27,042 nucleotides of DNA from positions 1 to 27,042 of the forward strand of contig JAZGFQ010000157.1 in assembly GCA_036479635.1 (NCBI GenBank), read 5' to 3'. Each line of letters starts with the position of its first letter. Positions within the stretch are counted from its first letter, which is position 1. The position numbers and the translations under genes were made by a program. The notes beneath the pieces are model-generated. The model ran no database searches, was not told the DNA's origin, and worked only from the letters and a program-made list of their open reading frames with translations. This DNA is from Arenicellales bacterium (GTDB lineage: Bacteria > Pseudomonadota > Gammaproteobacteria > Arenicellales > Poriferihabitantaceae). Of the stretch, positions 18,201 through 24,426 are shown one piece after another.

Positions 18201-18328
18201 ATAAGATAATGGCCAAGGGGCAAATGGGCAAATCGCTTTATGTCGCACTGATGGATGGCAGCCGCCAGAAAGTCACTGTAACAGGTTCTGTGTTTTTTGA
18301 TAAAGAGGGGGTACGTAGCCGTGGTTAA
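15290..18328 (+). CDS. soxA: Sarcosine oxidase subunit alpha
   Basis: GDTLASALLAN, RSFKYHRPRG, GFYYKTFMWP, NAD-binding GGGSAG, HLKRYTTTGMGTDQGK and a GcvT-like folate-binding C-terminus; ATGA overlap with soxD. Confidence 0.97.
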   Translation: MSATRTSNTGQLNRQQPLSFQFNGQPYTGFEGDTLASALLANNVFLIARSFKYHRPRGVFSAGSEEPSALVQLETGAHTLPNCPATEIELYDGLIAHSQNCWPSVKYDIGAVNNVLSRLFPAGFYYKTFMWPKALWMKYEHVIRHSAGLGKSPTVADPTNYDHQHLYCDVLIVGGGSAGLSAALAAAKTGAEILLINDQAEWGGALLSDTQTINDAPALDWINHAIHTLTEMPNVRLLARTTVTGYYHHNYLIANQRITNHLGPTAPTDIPRERLWKVRARKVVLATGAIERPLVFAENDRPGVMLAGAVRSFLNRYGVLLGQNIVILTNNDSAYALGIDALAAGANVTVLDTRTDISDDLLALTTQHALSIQLNSTIIDVKYKGTIQSVDVAKLNQDGSDIVSKPETIPADIVACSGGWTPTLHLYSQAGGKLKFDPDTHSYLPDEAQTLAPDAQFAGSCIGAFALEDCLAQGHATGLNAAEQCGFKTDGIKVDALNTASQLVCNELRPLWVLPCAHPIGNGPKKHFHELHNDSTIADIALAERENFISVEHLKRYTTTGMGTDQGKTSNVNALNVMAALRNKPVGEIGTTTFRPPFTPLTFGAIVGQNCGDLFLQKRTSPMEPWHQVRGAQYEDVGDWKRPRYFPRSGENMDEAVQRECKATRDSVGILDATTLGKIDIQGKDAAKLLNMVYTNAWSKLGVNRCRYGIMLNEHGMIIDDGVTTRLSENHFHMTTTTGGAARIFNWLEELLQTEYPNWEVYCTSVTEQWAVMAINGPKARDLLAKLTDADLSNESFPFMAMLETEVAGVPARIYRISFTGELAFEINVPARYGLHVWEAVMAAGEQYNICPYGTETMHVLRAEKGFIIVGQDTDGSVTPDDADMNWIVSKVKKDFIGKRSLSRSHTAQAGRKQLVGLLAEDPSFVLPEGAHIVDGTNTAPPMKMLGHVTSSYFSPNTGHSIAMAMLKDGHKIMAKGQMGKSLYVALMDGSRQKVTVTGSVFFDKEGVRSRG

Positions 18329-18911
18329 GCCTATTTCAATGAGCCCACTTTCAAGCGTTACCGCCATCACCAGTGTGCATCGTTTGCATGAAGTCTCCTC
18401 GATGGCAAAGATTAATCTTCGCGGTGATGCAAATAACCCCGCTTTTGCTAAGGCCATAAAATCTGCCCTAAATCTATCGCTGCCCACCGAGGCGAATACT
18501 TGCGCACACGCCCAAGCGGAATCTACTGTTTTTTGGCTAGGCCCAGATGAATGGTTAGTGCATACGCCGCTAGATGCCTTACAAAAAACACTGACGACGT
18601 TACGTAACGCCACCGAACCTTTACACGCGGCGATCACTGATGTCAGTGATTATTATTTAGTCTTAGAATTATCCGGGCCACAGGCCAGAAGCATCCTCGC
18701 CAGTGGCACCTCTTTTGATATACGCACAGCCTCTTTTAAACCCGGGCAATGCGCGCAAACTCTTTTCGGTCATGCCTCGATTTTGCTTTGGCCTGTTGAT
18801 GATACACCGACTTTTTGTATTCAAGTACGCTGGAGTTATGCGCAATATCTGTTTACCTATTTAAGCAATAGCCTGCATAACGCCGAAAACCTAATGAACT
18901 TTAAGGCTTAA
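18321..18911 (+). CDS. soxG: Sarcosine oxidase subunit gamma
   Basis: WLGPDEWL, DVSDYY, FKPGQCAQT and RWSYAQYL motifs. GTG at 18321 follows GAGGGG and overlaps the soxA stop. Confidence 0.92.
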   Translation: MVKPISMSPLSSVTAITSVHRLHEVSSMAKINLRGDANNPAFAKAIKSALNLSLPTEANTCAHAQAESTVFWLGPDEWLVHTPLDALQKTLTTLRNATEPLHAAITDVSDYYLVLELSGPQARSILASGTSFDIRTASFKPGQCAQTLFGHASILLWPVDDTPTFCIQVRWSYAQYLFTYLSNSLHNAENLMNFKA

Positions 18912-18982
18912 TTTATTTGGGGCTGTTTATTCGAGTAAACACTGGGCTAAACTAACGCATACTTTAAGCCGTTAAATTTGTT

Positions 18983-19537
18983 ATGCCATCGCTCAAAACT
19001 TATTTCCAAAAAATGAAAGGGGGTGGCTATCGCTCACCCCACCCCATTAATTGGGGGCACGCACTGATTGCTTGGGTAAGCGGGTTTTTAGGCATTGCTT
19101 TGGTCGGCATTTTTGGCACACAGCAAAATATCGCCGCACAAGACCAGTTATTTCTCATCGGCTCTTTTGGCGCCACCGCCGTCTTGTTATATAGCACGCC
19201 TTTCTCGCCGCTAGCCCAGCCTCGGCACGTCATCGGCGGGCATCTTATCTCAGCCTTGGTGGGCGTAGTCATTTATCAACTCCTACCCGAGCCCATTTGG
19301 CTTGCCTCAGCCTTAGCCGTTTCAACCTCGATTTTACTGATGTATCTCACCACCACCACGCACCCGCCTGGCGGCGCTACCGCATTAATTGCGGTCATCG
19401 GCGGCGATGAGATTCATGCGCTGGGGTTTTGGTATTTGCTCAACCCCGTGCTCATCGCTATGTTGCTGATGATTTTAGTCGCGGTACTGGTTAACAACAT
19501 CTCACCTGATCGGAAGTATCCTAAATATTGGTGGTAA
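18983..19537 (+). CDS. HPP family membrane protein
   Basis: GSFGATAVLLY, SPLAQPRHVIGGH and THPPGGATAL (HPP motif). Confidence 0.93.
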   Translation: MPSLKTYFQKMKGGGYRSPHPINWGHALIAWVSGFLGIALVGIFGTQQNIAAQDQLFLIGSFGATAVLLYSTPFSPLAQPRHVIGGHLISALVGVVIYQLLPEPIWLASALAVSTSILLMYLTTTTHPPGGATALIAVIGGDEIHALGFWYLLNPVLIAMLLMILVAVLVNNISPDRKYPKYWW

Positions 19538-19553
19538 ACCATTCTCAAACTGA

Positions 19554-19595
19554 TTGATGCATATCAATGGCTAAAAACTAAAATCAAGCTTTAAT
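19554..19595 (+). promoter_or_regulatory. FNR/Anr/Dnr-type box plus -10 element (class II promoter) for nnrS
   Basis: Perfect TTGAT-GCAT-ATCAA at 19554-19567; TTTAAT at 19590-19595 in the class II spacing. Confidence 0.8.
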
Positions 19596-19601
19596 CCAAT
19601 C

Positions 19602-20786
19602 ATGTCGTCACCTACTGATTCCACTCAAGAAACGACCGCCTTATTTAACTTAGGCTTTCGTCCATTTTTCCTCGCTGCTGCACTATTTGCAGTGCTCTCC
19701 ATGATCGCTTGGGCGGCTGTTTATTTATTCAACATTGAATTATCTTTAAAGATAATCTCGCCTTATCAATGGCATGCCCATGAAATGATATTTGGCTACG
19801 CCATGGCCGTGATTGCAGGTTTCTTGCTTACTGCTGTTAAGAATTGGACGGGCATTCAAACCCTACAGAAAACACCGCTCGCCTTATTATTTGCTTTATG
19901 GCTCTGCGCACGCACATTGTTTATGCTGGGGTATATTCCCCTTGCAGGCGTGTTTGATCTCAGCTTTCTGCTGTTTTTAAATCTCGCCATTCTCAGCCCC
20001 ATTCTTAAAGCAAAGCAATGGAAGCAAATTGCGATTGTCTCTAAACTGATTTTATTATTACTCTTTAATCTGTTGTTTTATTTAGGGGCAATGGGCTGGA
20101 TGCAAAATGGCCTTTACTTAGGCTTATATGGCGCACTTTATACTATGATTGGCTTAATTCTCACCATGGGGCGGCGCGTTATTCCTTTTTTCATTAGTAA
20201 AGGCGTTGCGCAGAATGTCGATATTAAAAATTCCAAAATACTCGATATCAGCAGCCTGATATTTTTCTTAGCGTTTACCGCCTTCGAATTATTCTATCCG
20301 CACCAAATCGCCTCAGCCTATTTAGCGATAGCACTCTTTGTCATCAATGCCGTGCGCTTGTTTAATTGGCATACCCCAGGCATCTGGCAGCGCCCATTAT
20401 TATGGAGCTTATATTGTTCACTTTGCTTTATTTGTCTTGGTTTTCTTATGTTTGCGGGGGCTTACTTCTTTAACTATCCCTACACCTTAGCCATTCATGC
20501 CTTCACCTATGGCGGCATCGGTGCGCTGACATTAGCCATGATGTCACGCGTGGCGCTTGGCCACACGGGGCGCAGCATTGCCCAGCCGGCCCCTATGATG
20601 AGCATTGCCTTCATCATTATCTTCATAGGCGGCTTATGTCGCACCTTGCTACCGCTTGCCTTGCCTGAATATTATAAATTTTGGGTCGGCGTCTCTCAGC
20701 TTTTATGGATTGCTGGCTTTTGTCTCTTTGTCGGCATTTATTATCCAATATTGATGAAAAACCGCATCGATGGCAAAGCAGGCTGA
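19602..20786 (+). CDS. nnrS: NnrS family NO/nitrosative-stress membrane protein
   Basis: LGFRPFFL, WHAHEMIFGY...GFLLTAVKNWTG, GRRVIPFF, IHAFTYG and MMSRVALGHTGR. Confidence 0.94.
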   Translation: MSSPTDSTQETTALFNLGFRPFFLAAALFAVLSMIAWAAVYLFNIELSLKIISPYQWHAHEMIFGYAMAVIAGFLLTAVKNWTGIQTLQKTPLALLFALWLCARTLFMLGYIPLAGVFDLSFLLFLNLAILSPILKAKQWKQIAIVSKLILLLLFNLLFYLGAMGWMQNGLYLGLYGALYTMIGLILTMGRRVIPFFISKGVAQNVDIKNSKILDISSLIFFLAFTAFELFYPHQIASAYLAIALFVINAVRLFNWHTPGIWQRPLLWSLYCSLCFICLGFLMFAGAYFFNYPYTLAIHAFTYGGIGALTLAMMSRVALGHTGRSIAQPAPMMSIAFIIIFIGGLCRTLLPLALPEYYKFWVGVSQLLWIAGFCLFVGIYYPILMKNRIDGKAG

Positions 20787-20791
20787 GCATT

Positions 20792-20820
20792 TTGAATTTC
20801 AATTGAAAATGACGTAAAAT
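20792..20820 (+). promoter_or_regulatory. Candidate sigma70 promoter for the repeat lipoprotein
   Basis: TTGAAT-17 nt-TAAAAT, about 80 nt upstream of ATG 20902. Confidence 0.55.
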
Positions 20821-20901
20821 AACCCTATTCCATTAGAATATATTAATAACAATGCGCTTTGGGCCTTCACACACCCTTAAAGCACACATAAAAGAATCAT
20901 T

Positions 20902-22065
20902 ATGAAATTTCAAAAAATCGCGCTTAGTTTAAGCCTTAGCACACTCCTTTTTACCGCTGGTTGTACGACTTTAACGGGCGAAAGTAATATGTCCGTTGGT
21001 GGCACAAACAAGGCTACCGCAATGCCTGTCGCGAATGCCGCGATGAGCGATGATCTCGCCAACGCGCTGGCACGCATTGAAATGGCACAGGCCGATGCAG
21101 ATTCAGCCCGTGCCGAAGCCGATGTTGCCAAAGCGGCCTTAGCGGCGGCTTCTTTAAATGTCGCCTCTTCTGGCAGCGAGTTATTTCCGCCTAATGCCTT
21201 GCCGGGCCATTGTTACGCGCGTGTGTTTATCCCTGCAACGTTTACGCAACAATCTGAGCAAGTTATGGTAAAAGAAGCCAGCTCACGTTTAGAAGTGATT
21301 CAACCTGAATATGAAACCGTCACCGAGCGCCAACTCACCCGCGAAGCCAGCACGCGCATTGAAGTGATTCCCGCTCAATATAAAACCATTACGGAAAAAG
21401 TATTAGTTAAAGCAGCTAGCACCAAATTAGTGAGCGTGCCCGCCAGCTTTGAGCAAATCACTGAGCAAGTGCTAGACAAACCTGCCAGCACCGCTTGGAA
21501 ACGTGGCAGCCATTACATCAACAGTGCCTTGCAAACCCGAACGGATGCCAGTACTGGTGAAGTCATGTGTTTGGTTGAAACGCCTGCAACTTATAAAACC
21601 ATTACCCGCACGGTGCAGTCTACGCCGCCGAGTGTGACGGAAATCCCTATACCTGCTGAATATAAAACTGTCAGCAAAACCGTGCTGGTTACGCCCGCCT
21701 CTACGCGAGAAGTCATCGTACCTGCGCAATATTCTAGCGTGCAAAAACTTGAACTCGTACGCCCTGGGCAAACGCGTGAAATCACGATTCCTGCAGAATA
21801 TGAAACCATTACCCGCCGCACACAAACCAGCGCTGAATCTTTAGAATGGCGTGAAGTTTTATGTGATGTAAACATGACCACACAATTGGTAATGGAACTA
21901 CAACGCCGCTTGAATACAGAAGGTTATTTTGACAGCCCTGTCGATGGTATTTATCAGCAGCTGACTCAAAACGGCGTCAATCGCTATGCTAAAAATAATG
22001 GCCTACCATTTGGCAGCAACTATATTGCTTTAGAAGTCGCGAATGCATTGAGCTTAAGTTACTAA
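20902..22065 (+). CDS. Lipoprotein with Ala-rich coiled coil, eight 23-aa beta-rich repeats and a C-terminal peptidoglycan-binding domain
   Basis: Lipobox FTAG-C21; repeats of (I/V)PA(E/Q)Y.T(I/V)T..V; C-terminal VMELQRRLNTEGYF...VDGIY..LTQNGVNRY (PG_binding_1-like). Confidence 0.8.
   Translation: MKFQKIALSLSLSTLLFTAGCTTLTGESNMSVGGTNKATAMPVANAAMSDDLANALARIEMAQADADSARAEADVAKAALAAASLNVASSGSELFPPNALPGHCYARVFIPATFTQQSEQVMVKEASSRLEVIQPEYETVTERQLTREASTRIEVIPAQYKTITEKVLVKAASTKLVSVPASFEQITEQVLDKPASTAWKRGSHYINSALQTRTDASTGEVMCLVETPATYKTITRTVQSTPPSVTEIPIPAEYKTVSKTVLVTPASTREVIVPAQYSSVQKLELVRPGQTREITIPAEYETITRRTQTSAESLEWREVLCDVNMTTQLVMELQRRLNTEGYFDSPVDGIYQQLTQNGVNRYAKNNGLPFGSNYIALEVANALSLSY
21229..21840 (+). 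repeat. Intragenic 23-aa (69-nt) degenerate tandem repeats arranged 4 + 25-aa insert + 4
   Basis: Repeat starts at residues 110, 133, 156, 179, then 227, 250, 273, 296. Confidence 0.85.
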
Positions 22066-22088
22066 AAATTAGTCTACGCTTCAAAACT

Positions 22089-22121
22089 AAAGCGGTGATG
22101 CTTCGGCACACCGCTTTTTTT
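22089..22121 (+). terminator. Intrinsic terminator after the lipoprotein gene
   Basis: AAAGCGGTG-A-TGC-TTCG-GCA-CACCGC followed by T7; C(UUCG)G loop. Confidence 0.9.
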
Positions 22122-22169
22122 GGCTTTAAATAATGTAAATACCCATTATAAAGTACGGTTTTATGGCGC

Positions 22170-22197
22170 TTGAACTGCGTTTATCAAACCGTATAAT
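22170..22197 (+). promoter_or_regulatory. Candidate sigma70 promoter for the puuD-like gene
   Basis: TTGAAC-16 nt-TATAAT; GGAGA RBS upstream of ATG 22273. Confidence 0.6.
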
Positions 22198-22272
22198 GCA
22201 CCGCTTGACCCAAGCTGGGGAAACACCCAGCCCGATACAACCCCGACCAACACATTCTCTTGGAGAAACAAC

Positions 22273-22902
22273 ATGTTATTAATTGATTTTTTATCTCGCT
22301 GGGCACACGTTCTTTTTGGTGTTACCTGGATCGGCCTTTTATATTATTTCAACTTTATCCAAGGTAGCTACTTCGCAGAAGCGACCGCAGATGCCAAAGC
22401 AGACGCCACACAAAAACTTGCACCGCGTGCATTATGGTGGTTTCGTTGGGGTGCAATGGGCACGTTCCTAACGGGCTTATATTTATTAGCGATCTTAGGC
22501 GCAGGCGTTAACCAATACATCTTACTTGGCGCATTAATGGGCATTTTCATGTTCTTAAACGTCTGGTTAATCATCTGGCCAAACCAGAAGATCGTCATTG
22601 GTTTATCGGATGGCGATAAAGCAGCGGCTGGCGGCAAAGCATTATTAGCTTCGCGCACCAATACTTTATTCTCAGCACCGATGCTTTACGGCATGCTCGC
22701 TTCTAAGCACGGCTTAGTCGGCGGTGGTTTTGGATCGATGGATTTCGCAGATAAAGGCTTTTTGATTGCCCTTGCGATTATCGTTTTACTTGAGTTAAAC
22801 GCGATCATCGGCAAAACAGGTATCATCGCATCTGTAAAAGGCGTCATTCATGCAAGCCTAGCGTTAACGGCGGTTATTTTTGGCGTCGTGCATTACCTAT
22901 AA
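22273..22902 (+). CDS. Urate hydroxylase PuuD-family membrane protein (N-terminal domain only, no cytochrome c)
   Basis: RWAHVLFGVTWIGLLYYFNF, ALWWFRWGA, FLNVWLIIWPNQK and LASRTNTLFS motifs; no CxxCH. Confidence 0.8.
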   Translation: MLLIDFLSRWAHVLFGVTWIGLLYYFNFIQGSYFAEATADAKADATQKLAPRALWWFRWGAMGTFLTGLYLLAILGAGVNQYILLGALMGIFMFLNVWLIIWPNQKIVIGLSDGDKAAAGGKALLASRTNTLFSAPMLYGMLASKHGLVGGGFGSMDFADKGFLIALAIIVLLELNAIIGKTGIIASVKGVIHASLALTAVIFGVVHYL

Positions 22903-22943
22903 GCTAAGCGCTTCGCTTATGTTGGCTTTTTAAGCTGGCATTC

Positions 22944-22987
22944 AAAACCGAGCCAGATGTCTGCGCGATATCTGAGCTCGGTTTTTT
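22944..22987 (+). terminator. Intrinsic, possibly bidirectional, terminator between convergent genes
   Basis: AAAACCGAGC-CAGAT ... ATCTG-A-GCTCGGTTTTTTT. Confidence 0.75.
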
Positions 22988-23050
22988 TATGTCTGCATTT
23001 TGCCTGAATGCCTATCTCAAGTGTTTATTTCCAAGCGCATATTCATGGGC

Positions 23051-23749
23051 TTACTTCCCGAACGGCAGGCGTATCTTAAACTCAGGGTTCTTGAAAAACG
23101 GAATCAAAACCATCCCTGCAATAAAACCCCCAATGTGCGCACCAAATGCCACACCGCCGCCTTCTGTACCCGCCGTGGCTAAAGAGCTGAATAACTGCAA
23201 AGCAAACCAAGCCCCTAACACCCACATCGCAGGTAAGCGCATGGTGTGCAGATAGATAAAAATCGGAATGCCCACTAACACTTTCGCGCGCGGATACAAT
23301 AATAAATACGCGCCCAGCACCCCAGAAATCGCCCCCGACGCACCGACCATCGGCACCACTGAGTTTGGGTCTGGAATCGCTTGTGCGAACACCGCTGCCA
23401 CGCCACATAATAAATAAAAGATCACGAACTTAACGTGCCCCATCGCGTCTTCAATGTTGTTGCCGAACACCCATAAATACAACATATTACCAATCAAATG
23501 CATCCAGCCGCCGTGCAAGAACATTGAGGTGAAGACCGTTAATGAAGCAGGCACCCACGTTTGGGTTTCATTGATGTGTAAGTTATCTAGCAGCACCGCA
23601 GGAATCACACCGAGCTGATTGACGATTAATATCTGGCCATTTTCATCATGTGCAAATTGCCAGAAAAACACTAAGCAGCACATCACAATAAACGTGATGG
23701 TTAGAACGGGCTGAATATGCGTGGGGTTATCATCGTGTAATGGGATCAT
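23051..23749 (-). CDS. Rhomboid family intramembrane serine protease
   Basis: MIPLHDDNP N-terminus, TSMFLHGGWMHLIGNMLYLWVFG, catalytic VGASGAISG and AHIGGF. Start at ATG 23749; 23758 and 23767 are alternatives. Confidence 0.95.
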   Translation of the reverse strand: MIPLHDDNPTHIQPVLTITFIVMCCLVFFWQFAHDENGQILIVNQLGVIPAVLLDNLHINETQTWVPASLTVFTSMFLHGGWMHLIGNMLYLWVFGNNIEDAMGHVKFVIFYLLCGVAAVFAQAIPDPNSVVPMVGASGAISGVLGAYLLLYPRAKVLVGIPIFIYLHTMRLPAMWVLGAWFALQLFSSLATAGTEGGGVAFGAHIGGFIAGMVLIPFFKNPEFKIRLPFGK

Positions 23750-23862
23750 GCTGGCCATTGTAACCAAAGCTTAACGGCTTTGCAGACAAAACGAATACGC
23801 GAAACTATTTAGTCCGTTGAACATTCATGCGATAATGGCCTAAATAATTTTGAGGTTTTAGT

Positions 23863-24426
23863 ATGTCTGGAGTCAGCACTGTTTGGGTTTTAATCGCACT
23901 GGCCGTTATTGTGGTGGCATGGGCTGTGTCCATCTACAATGGTTTGGTCAAACGCAAAAATTACGTTGAAGATGCGTGGAGCGGCATAGAAGTTCAGCTG
24001 AAAAAGCGCCACAACTTAATTCCGAATTTAGTCAGCACCATCAAAGGTTATACCGAACATGAGGCAGGCTTGTTAACTTCCGTGACTGAATTACGCGTGC
24101 CCAAAACAAACGCTTCGCCTGCACAAGCTGGCAGTGAAGAGCAAGCATTTAGCCAGCAATTAGGCAGTATTATGGTGCAAGTAGAAGCCTATCCTGATCT
24201 AAAAGCCGATGGCAATTTTAAGCGCCTACAAGACCAGCTTGCTGAAATTGAAGGCGATATTGAAAAAGCCCGACGTTATTACAACGGCTCTGTGCGCGAT
24301 TACAACACACTGATTCAATCTTTCCCCTCAAACATGATTGCCGAGCGTTATGATTTTGCTGAAGCAGAGTTTTTTGAGCTAGATTTAGAAGCAGCCCGAC
24401 AAGCACCTAAAGTTGATTTTGGCTAA
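23863..24426 (+). CDS. lemA: LemA family protein
   Basis: N-terminal TM; YNGLV, AWSGIEVQLKKRHNLIPNLV, EAYPDLKADGNF, ARRYYN and FPSNMIA. Confidence 0.95.
   Translation: MSGVSTVWVLIALAVIVVAWAVSIYNGLVKRKNYVEDAWSGIEVQLKKRHNLIPNLVSTIKGYTEHEAGLLTSVTELRVPKTNASPAQAGSEEQAFSQQLGSIMVQVEAYPDLKADGNFKRLQDQLAEIEGDIEKARRYYNGSVRDYNTLIQSFPSNMIAERYDFAEAEFFELDLEAARQAPKVDFG

Noticed and set aside
14138-18637. Antisense and alternate-frame ORFs within the sox operon, including 18032..18637 (201 aa)
   Set aside because: They overlap highly conserved soxB/A/G coding sequence; long antisense ORFs are expected from codon structure.
22204-22272. 5' UTR hairpin GCTGGG-GAAACA-CCCAGC before the puuD-like gene as a purine or guanidine riboswitch
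   Set aside because: A single short stem with no recognisable aptamer consensus; more likely a stabilising 5' hairpin.
22989-23408. Small ORFs 22989..23255, 23000..23182 and 23082..23408
   Set aside because: Overlap the rhomboid gene on the opposite strand or in another frame.
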